Source: Octopus vulgaris (lineage: Eukaryota). Taken from it: DNA of 64,000 nucleotides. Each line of letters starts with the position of its first letter. The stretch's first letter is position 1. Shown here in pieces: positions 26,121-40,246 of the stretch. The notes beneath the pieces are model-generated. The model was not told the origin of the DNA. It saw only the letters and a program-made list of their open reading frames with translations, and made no database searches. The stretch lies in contig OX597831.1 in the NCBI GenBank assembly GCA_951406725.2, forward strand, positions 8,370,001-8,434,000, in the 5' to 3' direction. The position numbers were made by a program, and so were the translations under genes.

Positions 26121-26340
26121 TGACACCTACACAACCACGGCAAGACTGGTTGAAAAAAACACACATAGGTAGAAAATATTGCTTACAACAAATAATTGAA
26201 TTTCGTTTAAGCTGCAACAGATTACTTAGAATTAACGAGAGACGGCCAGCTAATAATATTTATCTCCTCTAACAACACTCTCCACCCACACTTAATCCAT
26301 CGATATATTTTTTCACCCACTACATCACCACATTACTTAC

Positions 26341-26401
26341 TCGTATTTGCTCAACCGATTATCAACATGTCGCATCATAATACTGGAGGATGAAGACTAC
26401 C
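26341..26401 (-). other. Candidate 61-nt exon (non-coding, uORF-bearing or alternative start)
   Basis: Acceptor tctccttgttatcttccctgtcag|, donor cga|gtaagt. All three frames contain a stop. An internal ATG gives MMRHVDNRLSKY. Confidence 0.4.
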
Positions 26402-26461
26402 CTGACAGGGAAGATAACAAGGAGACGTGTGTGTGTGTGTCTGGGGGGAGTCAGCTACATG

Positions 26462-26520
26462 CCACCACCACCATCACCACCACCACCACCACCACCACCA
26501 CCACCACCACCATCACCACC
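26462..26520. repeat. (CAC)n trinucleotide repeat
   Basis: Near-perfect run. It explains the poly-Thr ORF. Confidence 0.95.
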
Positions 26521-27274
26521 GCCGCCTGTCTTCACAGCTATTACAAGTGATGCTGCTTTGTGTTGATAATTAGCATGCGTCTTGGAATCGTTGTTGTCAA
26601 GGAATTAAGTTTATTTTGTCTTATTTCACATAATAAAGAGTTAATGAACAAAGACACACTAACGAGATGTGGGTAGGAGACATTTAAGCACAGTTAGTTT
26701 GGTCGGCTCAAATTGTCAACCATGTTATGCATATCGTGGCCTTGATCTATAACAACATGGGTCAGCGCTCAGTCAAGGACTCTGCTTGGGTAACAAAAGC
26801 TCACCCACAGCAACCGTCCACAATGCACTGATTATCACTTGTCTTCACATCACTGTGCTGTGAGGCTGCACATTTTTTTTTTCATACAGATTACCCATCA
26901 ATATACCTCCATCATCATCATTTAATGTTTGTTTTCCATGCTGGTATGGGTTGGACAGTTTGACAGGACCTGGAAAGCCAGACAACTTCACCAGGCTCCA
27001 ATTTTCTGTTTTGGCAGGGTTTCTACAGCTGGCTGCCCTTCCTAGTACCAACCACCTTACAAAGTCTACTGGGTGCTTTTCATGTAGCACCAGCAGCTCT
27101 GTTTTTGAACAGAAAAAATAGTTTTCACTCTCGTATTTTTATTATTTACTGATGATATGTTGTTAAAGTTTCTTCTAAATATTATTACAACCATGAAACC
27201 ACAATATCATTACGAGTATTTGAAGGTATTGATCCCTCTTCATTTCTTCCACTCATTTTTAATGATTCATCTTG

Positions 27275-27490
27275 ACTGTTGTTGTTTAACCCCAGGTATG
27301 GCATGAATGAGCAGACCTGTGATCACTAGCATTCCAGCCATGGCTGCTTCAGCTCTGTTTAAAGCAGTGTGTCTAAGTCTATGATATCTAATATCCTTTC
27401 TGCTTTTTCTTAACACAGTAGGGTTCGACTTGAGGGAAATTTGGCTGTTATTTCTAACAAGTCAATTGACCAAGTAAAGGGCCTTCTCCA
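27275..27490 (-). mobile_element. Dispersed repeat family G
   Basis: ttgtttaaccccagg...ttgagggaaatttggctgttatttcta. Related at about 1-120, 19930-20100, 36960-37145, 37550-37960 and 63870-63960. Confidence 0.55.
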
Positions 27491-27689
27491 CAGGACTTTT
27501 GTTTTTCTTGTTGATAAGGTTTTTAAAATACGTATGCATATATTAATTGTCAGCCTTGTTATAAAACAAACTGTAATTCTATGTCGGTAATGTCAGGCTT
27601 ATCTTGGTTTATGATAGCCTAACTTCACTTGATGGGGCTGTGAATTAATGACAGAGAACTGGAACTATACTACAATGCTGGGACACACA

Positions 27690-28282
27690 CTTTCCATTCT
27701 CATCTCTTTTACTTGTGTCACTTTCTGGGTTGCGGCTGTGCTGGGGTTTAGTCAAACAAATCCACCTTGGTACCTTTTATTCTATCTGTCAATTATTGCT
27801 GAACTGCTAAGCCACAGGGACATAAACAAACCAACATAAGTTGTCAAGATAACCACAAAGACACACACACATATATATCCTTATATAAAAGCACCAACCG
27901 ATCGTGGCTGTTTGCCAGCCTGCTCTGGCCCCTGTGCTGGTGGCAAGTAAAAAACACCCACTACACTCATGGAGTGGTTGGCGTTAGGAAGGGCATCCAG
28001 CTGTAGAAACACTGCCAGATCAGACTGGAGCCTGGTGCAGCCTCCATGGCTTCCAGACCCCAGTCGAACCGACCAACCCATACTAGCGTGGAAAACGGAC
28101 GTTAAATGATGATGATACACACAATGGATCTTGACACAGTGCGTTTACCAAACTCACTCACAAGGGACTGACTGGGTGCCTTGAGGCCATAGAAAAAAAC
28201 GCAAACCCAAAGTGCCATTCAGCGGGACTGAACCCGGAGCTATATGGTTGCAAAGTGAGCTTCTTATCCACACTGCCATGTC
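27690..28282 (-). mobile_element. SINE family A with nested plus-strand family-B tail (27885-28116)
   Basis: A tail on the left, A head on the right, with B inserted in the (ca/ta)n linker. Confidence 0.8.
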
Positions 28283-29634
28283 TCTTGCTTTTTACTAATG
28301 TTGTTACTGTGTAGCCATATATGATGACTGGTATGTTATTACAATTCATACAAATTTAATATTGAACAAATCTCAACAGACTTGACATAAAAAAACCCCA
28401 AAAAACCCCTTTTTCTTTCCCAATATTCTTTGTCATGATCCAATATAGGGAAATCAAATATCAGATAATTAAAGCAAATAAATAAATTCGCAATGTTTGA
28501 ATTCTTTTTGCAAATGATTGGTTATTGTTTCGATAAAAACTATTTCCTCTGTGCATATAATTATCCACGATGACAATGCCAACCGATCATTGGCTGCCGA
28601 GAAAATCTATTGTGAATAAATCTAAACTTAATTTCTATTGACCAGGATTTTGTGTTGCTTTTCCTTTTCCTTTTTTTTTACCTGCTCTGACCTAGCTAAA
28701 TGCTCCATCTCTCTCTCCTGTTGTTATGCAGCTTTAGATGAATTAAGCGAGAGGATTTAATCCTTAGATTTCGACAAATATTTAACCCAGCTAACCAAAT
28801 ACGACTCCTAACAACACATAATGCTTAACTAGCATTAGTAAAAGTTAATTGTCTGAAAGTTGAGGTAATAGAAATGTAATTAAATAGTTATGCTGCTCTT
28901 CACAAAATGAAAATGGGATAATTTCATTTGAGAAAATAGCTGAGGCAATATCAAATTTAAAAAAAAAAATTTTTATCAAAAGCATTAAATTCACCCAATT
29001 GAAAACAAAATTGCTGTAAAAAACAGGAAAATCAAAAAGAACCAAAGAAAAAAATTGTTTTCTCTCTCTCATTTTTTCTTTTTGATACTAATTATTATTA
29101 TTATTATTAATATCAAAATATGATATATATTATTAAAAAAAAAAAAAAATGCAAATTTTCAAAGAAACAATCTGGAAAAGTTATTTCACTGCACAGAAAC
29201 TAATTATTCATTCATTCATGACTAAAATTCTATAGAAATCCACTGCTTTTGTATTCTGATAAATTTATAAAATAATTGAAAATGTGGAGGACTTTAGTAA
29301 AATATAAACTTTTTTTTTTATTAAACTGGAACATAAAAGGCTTTTATGCAAAATTATGAAAATTATGGAAGAGGGTTTCAAATTAAATAAGAAAGCTTTA
29401 AAATGAAAGGTCTTGTCTCATTAATCCAGAGGCAATTCCACTTGTTTAATAGGTGATTACCAAAAAGATGGTTGAAGAATGAATGTATTTCTCTAGTTTT
29501 AAGAAAGTGGCCAAATTTAACTCACATACTGAGTAGCTGATACAAAGTTGGCAGAGCTGAAAGAATTATATTGCATACAACCCATGCCAGCATGGAAAGC
29601 AGATGTAAAACGACGACGATGATGATGATGATGA

Positions 29635-29850
29635 TAACCTTGTTAGCAAGCTGGGGAAAATGCTTAGCGGTATTTTGTCTGCTGTTATATTCTGAGTTCA
29701 AATTCTGCTGAGGTTGACTTTGCCTTTCATCCTTTCAGGGTCGATTAAATAAGTACCAGTTACGCACTGGGGTTGATGTAATCAATTTAATCCCTGTCTG
29801 TCTTTGTTCGTCCCCTCTATGTTTAGCCCCTTGTGTGCAATAAAGAAATA
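29635..29850 (+). mobile_element. SINE family C
   Basis: aatgcttagcggtatt...gcctttcatcctttcaggggtcgattaaataagtaccag. Confidence 0.8.
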
Positions 29851-30371
29851 GATATGAGTTTAACAGAGACAAAAGTGTAACAAAAAACTATAGTAGTTTG
29901 TTTGTTTAGTCAGTCTTTGTATGGTTCTCTGGATAATTAAGAGTGAAGACAGAGTTAACAAACTGGAAAACAGAAAAACGGACCAACTACAAAAACAACC
30001 AACTATTAACAATAAATTCACTGTATTTTCATGACTTCTTTGATGGATTTGCCCTCCTTGCAGCTGGTCTCCTTTAGGTGCGTTTTGTCCCTTGTTAATT
30101 GAAAGTTAAGTAAAGAACTTTGGAGGAACTCATTTGCCATTAAGAGGAGCTAGCAAGGAAGCTTGTACAGGATAGCTTGACCTGCTGGAAACAGTAGTCA
30201 AAACTTGTAGCATGCTTTACTGAAAGGAAATTAATTTGAGATACACTCATTGTTTTAACATCCACTTTTCTATGTTTGCATGGGTCAGGTGGAATTTGGA
30301 GGGACAGATTTTCTAGGGCTGGATGGACTTCCTGTTGCCAACCCTCACTAGTTTATAAGCAAGATAATATT

Positions 30372-31493
30372 GGATTATAGAGTCAATAAAGTCTTGGAAG
30401 GCCTGTTTTACAGCATCGTCGGAATTAAATTTTTTCCTATCAAGTTATCCAAATTCTAGAAGAAGTGGTAGTTAGTGGGGGCAAAATCAGGTGAGAATGG
30501 TGGATGATGGAGAACTTCCAACTCCAACTTCTGTAGTTTTGCCAATGTCATTTTTGCGGTGTGTGGTCTGGTGTTGTCTTGCAGCAAAATAGAAGTGGAT
30601 CTGTTGACTATTCTAGGCTGTTTTTTGTAAGTTTCTGCATCGTTTGATCCAGTTGGCTGCAATATACTTCAGCAGTGATTGATGAGCCAGGTTTAATGAA
30701 ATCATAATGGATCACACCTGCGCCAGACCACCAAACACACACCATCAGCTTCTTTTGATGAATTTTGCTTTTTGGACTGTGTTTTGGTGGCTCATCTTTC
30801 TCCAGCCATTGTGCTGAACATTTATGGTTGTTGTATTGGATCCATTTCTCATCACATGTTACAATTTGATTAAAAAGTGATTCATTTTTGTGACAAGAAA
30901 GTAGCATAATGCAGGCTTCCAAACGTTGCTGTTTCTGATTTTCATTGAGTTCATGTGGAACCCACTTATCCAACTTTTACACTTTACCAATTTGAACTAG
31001 ATGAGTCAATATTGGTTTGCGTGATAACACCAAACAATAATGTTAATTCACAGGTATTTTAAGAGGTATCTGACTCGATGGAGGCTTTCAGTTTGTCATT
31101 ATCCACCTTTGTTTCTGGTTGACCGCGTTGCTCATTCGTGAGGTCAAAGTTACCAGAATGAAATTTTGCAAACCAATTTGATACTGTCTGCTGTGTACAA
31201 ACATTAGAATGAAATACTCCATTAATATTTCGAGCTGTGATGCTGTATTTTCAAGAGATTTCATATTTCAAAACTGTACAAATTTCCGACTTACAAACAA
31301 AAACTCTAAACAAAAATAGCAAAAAATGATTTATAAATACTTTACAAAGCGCAAAATGAGTTAGAATAAAGAAATAGATGTGTCAGCTTTCTAACAAAAA
31401 ATAAAGATTGTCAAAATATAATAATGGCGCAAAATGAGCAGCTGCCAAAGTTTACTATATACCTTACTACAAATTCCATACTTGACGACCTAA
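30372..31493 (-). mobile_element. Mariner (DD34D-type) transposon, transposase pseudogene
   Basis: WVPHEL, IVTCDEKW, LLQDNTRPH and HPPFSPDFAPTNYHFF motifs, with a frameshift near 30610-30660. 5' TIR TA|ttaggtcgtcaag ends at 31493. The 3' end is truncated. Confidence 0.92.
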
Positions 31494-32837
31494 TATATAG
31501 TATTGAAAGTTTCTGAAGAGAGTCAGATCTGAAACAAGAGAGCTCTATATAGTCAGTATAGAGCTGAATTATATGATCAATATAGTCTGTGGCTCAGATA
31601 GAGGCACCTTAGGTTTCCAAATGCATATTTGTAGCCAATGTACGTATCAGTTGGTTGATTTCTTCAGTCACACTTTACATCGTAGAGAGAAAGAGGAAGA
31701 GAGAATTAAAGGAGAGATTCAGATGCTGCATAAGAGGTGTAGGATGAGAGCACATACTAAGCTTGGTGGCAGGCAATAATTAAATGAGTATCACATTTAC
31801 ATGATGCTCAGGGAGAAGACAAATCAAAGAACAGAGGAAGTGTGTGTGTGTGTGTTGTGGTTATGCTGGGAACATCCTTGAAGGGTTTTTAAATTGATCA
31901 AATCAACCTCAGCACTTATGTTAGTCTGGTACTTATTTAATCGATCTCTATTATCAAACAGCTAAGTTACTGTTTATCTATAAAAATATACTTTTTAAAA
32001 AAAAATATTTTGCATCATTTATGACGGGTGTCTATACAGTTTCTGCTGACCAAATTTCACTCATAGGATATTGGTCAATTCAAGGCTGAATAGATGATCT
32101 ACTTGCCCAAGATGCCCCCATATGAGAGATCAACCCTGGAACCATGCAGTTATGAAGTCTTTAGGTCTCTCATGAGCCCCAAGATGCCATAAGAGCAGAG
32201 CTTAATACAGTTTCCAGGGTGTATGAGCGACTGAGATTAGAATATCCCACCCCTACATGGAATGCTGACCTTCCACTCAATTCACTTCTTGGCCATTGCT
32301 GGAACTCACAGCTGAGTGGATTGAATGCACTGCCTGGTCCAGGAGTTGAAACCACAATCTTTTAATCATGATTGAAATACTCCAACCACTAGGCCATGTG
32401 CCTTGTCAGGCCCTTGATCAGATAGTTAACCCTGTAGCAGCATATTCCAAATAAAAATACAAAAATGAAATGGAATGGTTCTGTTAAATGAAGACGAAGA
32501 CTTTTCTGATAGGCAGATGCTGCAAAAAGCTGATTCAGTTTTCAAAACAACCGATTCCAGAAGGAAATGTCAGTAAATCTTTGAGTCTGCTGCATTTACA
32601 TTGTACACCTTACCAGGGTAGCAGTACTATTCAGGGTAGTGAACGAGTGATGTTAGAAGTAAATATCTTTTTTGTTAGTCACCAAACAACAGTCTTCCAG
32701 TACTTTCCATATTGGTTACATGAAGCAAACTATACTGTTTGCTTAAATCACTTCTTTGTCAAACACAACATCTCTTGTGGGTGGACTCAACCCATTTAGC
32801 AATGCCAGAGAGAGAGAGATGCACAAGGGCTGTAGAC

Positions 32838-33200
32838 ACAGGTGTCACTGTATGGCAAGAGGCTTGCTCCTCAACCACATGTTTCTGGGTCCAGTCCCAC
32901 TGTGTAATACCTTGGGCAAGTATTTTCCTCTTTAGCCCCGAGCCAATCAAAGTTTTGTGGATTTGGTAAGCGGAAACTGAACAAAGCTCATTGTGTGTGT
33001 ATGTGTGTCTCCTGCTGCCACTTGACAACCAGTGTTGCTTTGTTTATGTCCCTGTAACTTAGCAGTTTAGCAAAAAAAAGGGCATATAGAATAAGTATGA
33101 GGCTTAAAAAATTAAGTACTAAGGTTGATTTCTTTAAACCCTTGAAGATGGAGCCCCAGCATGGCCACAGTCCGAATGATTGAAATAAGATAAAAGAAAT
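32838..33200 (+). mobile_element. SINE family A, decayed
   Basis: Head, ccttgggcaagt and tail cagcatggccacagtc. Confidence 0.75.
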
Positions 33201-34360
33201 AGGAGTGTTAATGGTTAAATATTTCATAAAAGAAACAAGAAATTGTTATTTTTAAGTGATTTAATGTGTAGCAGATGAACAACAGTAGTTTACTTAGACC
33301 CTCTGAGAGGGGACGGGGTTGGGGGGAAATAACCAGAGCAGGAGTAGGGTTAGTGTTCAGTTGAAATTCCAGCAAGTTAGTGGTTGTTGGAAGGGAAACC
33401 TGAGCCATGCCGCTGTTTTACAGAAGGATTTACCAAAGTCTTTAAGTCTGGGGGGGGGGGGGCGCAGCGAGACGGAGAGGTTTTAATGACTGACAAAGAG
33501 AGAAGGGAATGAAAGACGATGCATGGAGAGGAAAGGAAATGAGGTATCGATAGTCAACCATGTGGGGAAAAAAGTTCACTTAAATAACATGTTAAGTAAT
33601 TCGATGGAGTGCAGGGGTGGAATGTGGTATATAAGAAAGAAATTGTAGACTTTTGTTTGATGAGAGGGAAGCGTGGTGAGACGAGGAGAAGAGTTCTGAA
33701 GAGATAAAGGAAATGGAAGAGGAAGAACAGCATTGCAAAAGCTCATGGATTGGCTGCCGACTATAATAATAATAAGTGCATAACACATCAATAACGATGG
33801 TAGAAAACAAAATTTCATTTCGGAAAACATGGAGTTAACATTCAGTGAAGCTGCAACCGATTATGAAACTCTGTATAATTGTTCTAATTAGAGAGAAAAT
33901 AAATTACCAAAAAAAAACAGACAGGATTACTAGAAATGATTGTTATTGTGAAGTGAGCTATGTGCAGCACTAGGCATTAAACGTAGTGAAAAGATAAATT
34001 TATTAAAAGAAAACAAAAAAAAAAAACAAGCAAAAAAAAGCATGGCAGAAGAGGATTATAAACTTTTGTTGTTTTTTTTTTTCTGAAGTTTTTACCATTT
34101 TTTAAAAGCATGTTCTGGTTTTGTAAAACTTTACTTTTAACAAATAACAACCAGATGTAATTTAGCCGATTTTATTTGTTTGTTTGTTTTTGTGGACTGT
34201 TTAGATTAAAGTATAGATTTTTTCCAAACAGAGAATTTAGGAAGGAACCTGTAATATTGGTTGTTAACTGCAATATAGACAAAAATGTTTGTGTGTGAGA
34301 GAGAGAAGGATGGAGGGTAGGAAGCGAGAATTAAGTAAATGAGTTGTGTTTGATTTTGAC

Positions 34361-34363
<3 letters not shown>

Positions 34364-34410
<47 letters not shown>
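34364..34410. repeat. (GA)n microsatellite
   Basis: Perfect run. Confidence 0.95.
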
Positions 34411-34415
<5 letters not shown>

Positions 34416-35952
34416 AAGAAAAAGAAGGGGGGGGTCATATTTTCATAATCTATGGCATTTAAATTCTTGGTGTGCGCATCATGTCAGATTCTTAAGTTGC
34501 TTCGGCTTCATAAGAGGTAAATAATAATGATAATCCTTTCTAATCTTGGCACAATTTTGGGAGAGTGGGTAAACTGATTATATCGACCCTAATGTTCAAC
34601 TGGTACTTGTTTTGTTGACCCTCAAAAGGATGAAGGACAAAGTCAACCTCGGCAGAATTTGAACTCAGAACATAGAAAGGTGGCTGAAATGCTGCTAAGC
34701 ATTTTGTCTGGCATGCTAACGATTCTGCCATGTCATCAATAACCATCAACATCATTTAACTTCTACTTTTCATGCCGGCATGGGTTGGATGGTTTGACAG
34801 GGTCCACCAAGCTGTGGGGCTGTGCTGAGCTCCAATGTCGACTTTGGCATGGCTTCCATGTCTGGATGCCCTTCCCAACACCAACCACTTCACAGCGTGC
34901 ATTGGATGCTTTTAACATGGCACCACAAGTAAATTGGTTGACAGCTATAGAACACAAATACTTCCTTCCCCATGACTAAGCAGGGAGGGAGTATTTGAGA
35001 GGGGGAAGGTGGGCGTAGGTTTATACCAGGTGTCTTGCTATAAGGCAAGTACATGGTTACCCTGCATTAGATAAGGGTGGGTTAGAGTAGCTGAGGGAGA
35101 GGATAAAGATGGTAACACGGTGCCGAAATGAACTCCCAAGGTAAAGATTATCAAAATTAAATGTTGGGAGATTCTAACATTTTTTTCAGATGGATGGCAA
35201 GAGGATACTAAAAACAGTCCATTCTGCATAACAAACTGTTTATTATCTCTGGTTTGTAACATCCAGAAGAGTGAACATCATGGTTGCCCTTCAGCCATAC
35301 ACAAGTGAGGCAATGTATAGCAGAGATATATCAATAATTGGAGGAGGGGGGGACACAGAACAGTGACTTTTTTTAAAAGGTGACATGGGAAAGCTTCTCA
35401 GGGATGCTTTCTGCATGAAGAACACATAGTTAACGATATAGTTTGCAAAAGAAAATTTTTAATATACTTCCATAATCACTCCCCGTTACCGTTAGTGTTA
35501 ATGATAATTATTTTCAAATGGGACAAGACAAGATTGATTGGAAACCGAATGTTGACATACAGTAAGAACTGGCCAGGAAAATCAACAGCCTATTCACCTG
35601 GCCATGTCACTTCTTCACAGAAGTTGAACACACACACACACACAGAGAATATCAACAAATACGAAGACTGTTGTTTAAACTGTAAACCAAAAATATCTGG
35701 ACAAAGCTGAATTAGAAAGTTTTTTTTCTTTTTTTTTTTATTGCTTAAGAGCCTTGTTAATGTGTCACAATATTTGCAGAGCTGTGCTGCTGTGTATTTT
35801 GTGACCATGGCTTGCACAGGTACAATCATTAAGGTACTGACATCTGGCATTGTATTGTGACCATACTGTGTAATGTTAAACTAGCTTAGCCGTCACCTAT
35901 GCTACTTCGATTTAATGGTTAGGAATTAGTTTAAAATGAGGATGCACTGCCA

Positions 35953-36520
35953 ATCATCATCGTCATCGTTTAATGCCTACTTTCCCATGCTTGCATGGAC
36001 CAGACAAGTTTTTCTTCAGAAGACTGGAAATGAACAACCCTGCTTGTAGGACAGTGATACACGTTTACACAAAACTCCCACCCCATATACACACACACAC
36101 AGACACTATACAGGTGTCATGCAAATTAGTATGTAAGTGCACCCCAGTGTCACATAAATTGCACCTGTGCTGGTGGCATGTAAAAGTACCCATTACACTC
36201 TCAGAATGGTTGGCGTTAGGAAGGGCATCCAGCCGAAGAAAACCATGCCAAATCAGACCGGAGTCTGATGGAGCCGTCCACCGTGCCAGCCCAGTCAAAC
36301 CGTCTGACCCATGCCAGCATGGACAATGAACGTTAAATGATGATGATGACACACACACATCAGGCTTCTTTCAGTTTCCACCTACCAAATCCACTCAAAA
36401 GGCCTTGGTTGGCCTAGGGCTATAGTAGAAGACACCTGCCCAAGGTGCCATGCTGTGATATGACTGTACCTGAGACTACAGAACTAAGAAGCAAGTTTCC
36501 TAACTACACAGCCATGTTTG
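35953..36520 (-). mobile_element. SINE family H with nested plus-strand family-B tail (about 36130-36349)
   Basis: H tail on the left and A head on the right, with B in the (ca)n linker. Confidence 0.75.
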
Positions 36521-38104
36521 CACTTGTCCATTGTTCACACACACACACACACACACAAGGAAGCCTTCGACTGGTAAAAGGTCACAACTATTGAAGGAAG
36601 TAGTGTTCTTGACTGAATTGATACAAAGGTTCCGTAGCAAAACTCAGCAGCAGCAGCAATAAGGAGTCAAATTTTGGGGGTGAGTTTTTAAGTCAATCAG
36701 ATCAATCTCAATATACAACTGGTACTTATTTCATTGACCTGGGGAGGATAAGGTGAGGTCAAACACAGTGGGATTGGAGCACAAAGTAAAAATAGGTAAT
36801 GGTTGTCTATTACCTCACAATAATAGTCTAATTTCTGGTATTACTTAATTATACAAACATAATGGAATCTTCTAAAACAGTGAATAGATGGGTGGGGGGT
36901 TCAATTTGAGTAAATAGAAACCAATGGGAATCATAGGTAAAAAATGGTTGGGAGGCATTACTCTAGATGGTTGTTGGACTTGCTAGAGCTAGAAATAGTA
37001 GCTAAATCTCCATCATATCAAAAGAAAAAAAAAATCCCAGACACAATGTGTTTGAATCAAAGACAAGATTGCTAAGAGAAAGATGTCTGTCTTTGATTAT
37101 AGATCTGGTTGGCTTGGTGGATTAAGGTTGACCTGTAGTTAAACAATAAACTTATGGGTTTGTTGCAATCAAATGGAAAAGCAGGTGAAACAGACGTACG
37201 TGTGTCTAGATTAATTATCAATCAACTTCAAAAGCCACTCAATGAAAGGATAAGAATATGGCTGACATTTACTGGAAGAGGTGTAAATATAAGGATTTCA
37301 GAATCACAATGAAATTCTGGAAGTTTGTAAGCAATTAATCTGCCTGTAATGACTGTTCTTTTGTTTGTCTTTCATCTTTCTCAATCAACCTGAGCCAGCA
37401 GGATTCAACGATAAGCAAGGAACAAACAATAGAATGCCAAAGATATATTAATTTGGAATTACAGTTTGAATTTATAATTACTAAGATTAATCTTGATTTG
37501 TGGAACGGGGTTGGATTATGTTTGAATTAATAACGAGCAGTCATTGGGGTTATTTAGCCCCAGGTCAGTCATGATCAAACAAGCTTATGATGAAAGGCAT
37601 CACAGCTGTGACCGTCTTGTCTTTTTTTCAGGCATAGTGATTCTAGATTCATGTTATCCAATACATTCTTCCCTTTTTCAGATAATAAAGTATGATTTTA
37701 GGGAGTCTGACTAATAATCCTAAGAGGTTCAGTACCCCTATAAAGACTCGCAGTGGATTGGCATCACAAGCTGTTGCTATTTACTCCAAGATCATCCCTG
37801 ATCAAGAATGCCTTATTACCAAAGGTTTTCAAGCTGTGACCAACCTCTTTTTTTACTACAACACAATGTAACCAAGTTCAAATTATTCAAGGTGTCTTTT
37901 TCTAAGACGGTTTGAGGGAGATATAGCTCTATTTCTAGCATATTAAGAAACTACTTAGAAGCATGTTGTTCCTTCCGGTGTTTCTTGCCCCACTAATTTA
38001 TGTACGTCTTGCCTTCTTCAGAGATGGTTTCATATCCACCCCCAGGTTAAAAGTGGTTGGACAGTGCAACTGGAAGTAGTCTGTATCTTGTGGGGACAAC
38101 TGAC

Positions 38105-38460
38105 ATTGCTTACTTAGGCCCTTTGGCGCATAGGCCATCAATGACGTTTCTCTCTACTTCTCTCCTTGTCTTTTCAACTCAGCCCTTCCAGATTTTTGCT
38201 GCACTGCAACATACGTTTCCCTTTGGGGGAAGGTGGCCCTTCATAGGTTTCATTGGTTTTGAATCATGACCAATGCTTCTGTAACTTTGCTTTTTCTAGT
38301 TAGGAGTGTTGGTGCTAAACAAATCGATTTTTACCTCTAGGAAGAGGTGATCCATATTAGTCTGGCCTCTATCTTTTGACCTGTCCAACATAGAAGACCC
38401 CACCAGGAGACCGTTCTGCTGGTAATTAAGATACATAAGCTACCATACTGCAACAAGGAC
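38105..38460 (-). mobile_element. Short RTE-related non-autonomous element
   Basis: Minus strand ggacaggtcaaaagatagaggccagactaa resembles RTE 5' UTR/SINE central motifs. The 3' end ggcctatgcgccaaagggcctaagtaag is RTE-like. Both comparisons are from memory. Confidence 0.4.
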
Positions 38461-39112
38461 TGGACTTTGTGCAGGAGACACCTAATACGCCAGGTATATA
38501 AGAGATGTGTGCTGAAGAGATCAGAAATCAGAACAGAGAGAGTGAATGAGGATCGGAAGCATCTCCAATGTTATATGAAGAAACTGATCAAACAAAATGT
38601 TGCTAACTTTGGTGAAGCAAGAGTTTGTATGAATACAGCCAAGATTACACCTCAATATCTGGGTTTCCATTTCAGGATCATTTCTTTGTCTGAATGACGC
38701 ATGAATTAGATAAACAAGTCTATTAAAATACCTTCAAGACAGAAACTATTGACAAGACTATAATTCAAAATATTGTATAAACACAAAAACTTTTTTCCCT
38801 TCATTCTTCTTCACTGGTCAATTCCAACCAGGTTTTGTTCTGTTTGGCTTGTAATATGTAAATGTAACCATTGAAACACACCCAGCTCGATATAGATATG
38901 AATTATTGTTAACTTAAGTGTCCACAGCAAATAACTTTTATGCATGATTCTGAAGAGTTGAATTTGGAATTGTGTCAATGACACCTCATGTATCAATAAT
39001 TGCATATATTATTGTTGTATAGTATAGCAATGTTCAAGAGATTGATTTCCAATGAAACAATTGTAAATCAATGAAATAAAAGGACTTGCTCACTCCACTC
39101 TCCTCGGTTATA

Positions 39113-39114
<2 letters not shown>

Positions 39115-39154
<40 letters not shown>
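39115..39154. repeat. (TA)n microsatellite
   Basis: Perfect run. Others at about 46417-46448, 47058-47090, 47291-47322 and 60056-60096. Confidence 0.95.
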
Positions 39155-39158
<4 letters not shown>

Positions 39159-39984
39159 CACACATAAATATAGATAGAGATATGTGTATGTGTGTTTGTA
39201 TATCTTTCCTCGACAGTGTTAGGCCTCACCCATTCGATCCTTGATGGCATCTAGTGTTGGAGTATGGGATGAGGATGTAGGTGGAGGGAAATGATTTATA
39301 AAAAAAGTAGACTATAATTGCAAAAGCAGTAGTAGTAGCAGCAGCATCAGTAGCAACAGATGGTCTGAGTCAAAATTCATTTAGATATATTGTATTTTTT
39401 AACTTACTGTAAAATTAGTCAACACCATCAGTTGCAATAGAAGTTTGATACACACACACACACATGCAGTATACACACATACATATTAGAGAGAGAGAGT
39501 GGTAAAGATGTTACATTTATTATGCTAACAGAAACTAGTAAATAAGCAAAAACAATTATTAAAACAGATCAATAGCCAATAGTCTGAATAATTTCATAAT
39601 AGAAATAGAATTCAGAAATATAAGTTAAAAACAATATTTAAAACAAACTACAACAACAACAACATGCAATAATGGCAACATTTTTTTTGTAATTGCTTTA
39701 ATCGTATTTCAGCTGTAATTCAGCCATATTAAAATAGATCATTTTTTGTTGTTGCTGGGTGAAACAGAACCAGCTTTGCCTCTACAGATTAATATGTCAT
39801 GTGAAGAAGCTGATCTAGCAAAATGTATTGAGCTGTGGCCATCTTGTTTTCAATGTATGCAGGGCAAGTGGGATTTGCATCCCAACACCCGAAAATTCTC
39901 TTCAGGGCCAAATTACCAGTCATTTACAGCAGGAATAGAGACCAACAACACTACCCGCATCAACTTGCTATAAAAGCAGGTAGT

Positions 39985-40217
39985 AATTTTACCTTGTACT
40001 TATTCTTAGTGCAAGTTTTCAAGAGTGCAGTTCGATTTTAACAGTTATCTTTCCAAAGCTATAGTGGAAGTAACAAAGGAGCATATTCGGCATATTTTGC
40101 TTTATGAGTTCAATAAAGGCAAGAATGCAATGGAAAATGCAAGGAATATTAATGCAGTATATGGGGATCGGACAATAAGCATAAGCCTGTGTCAACAGTC
40201 ATTCCAGAAATTCCAGA
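39985..40217 (+). mobile_element. Mariner 5' fragment (transposase HTH)
   Basis: EVTKEHIRHILLYEFNKGKNAMENARNINAVYGDRTIS..CQQSFQKF, a typical mariner N-terminus. Confidence 0.85.
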
Positions 40218-40246
40218 ATAAAAGTGTGTGTGTGTATATATATATA

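Noticed and set aside
26347-26550. Poly-Thr ORF
   Set aside because: Produced by the (CAC)n repeat.
35739-35750. tattgcttaaga, matching the 5' half of miR-137
   Set aside because: The match ends after 12 nt, follows a poly-T run, and has no complementary arm.
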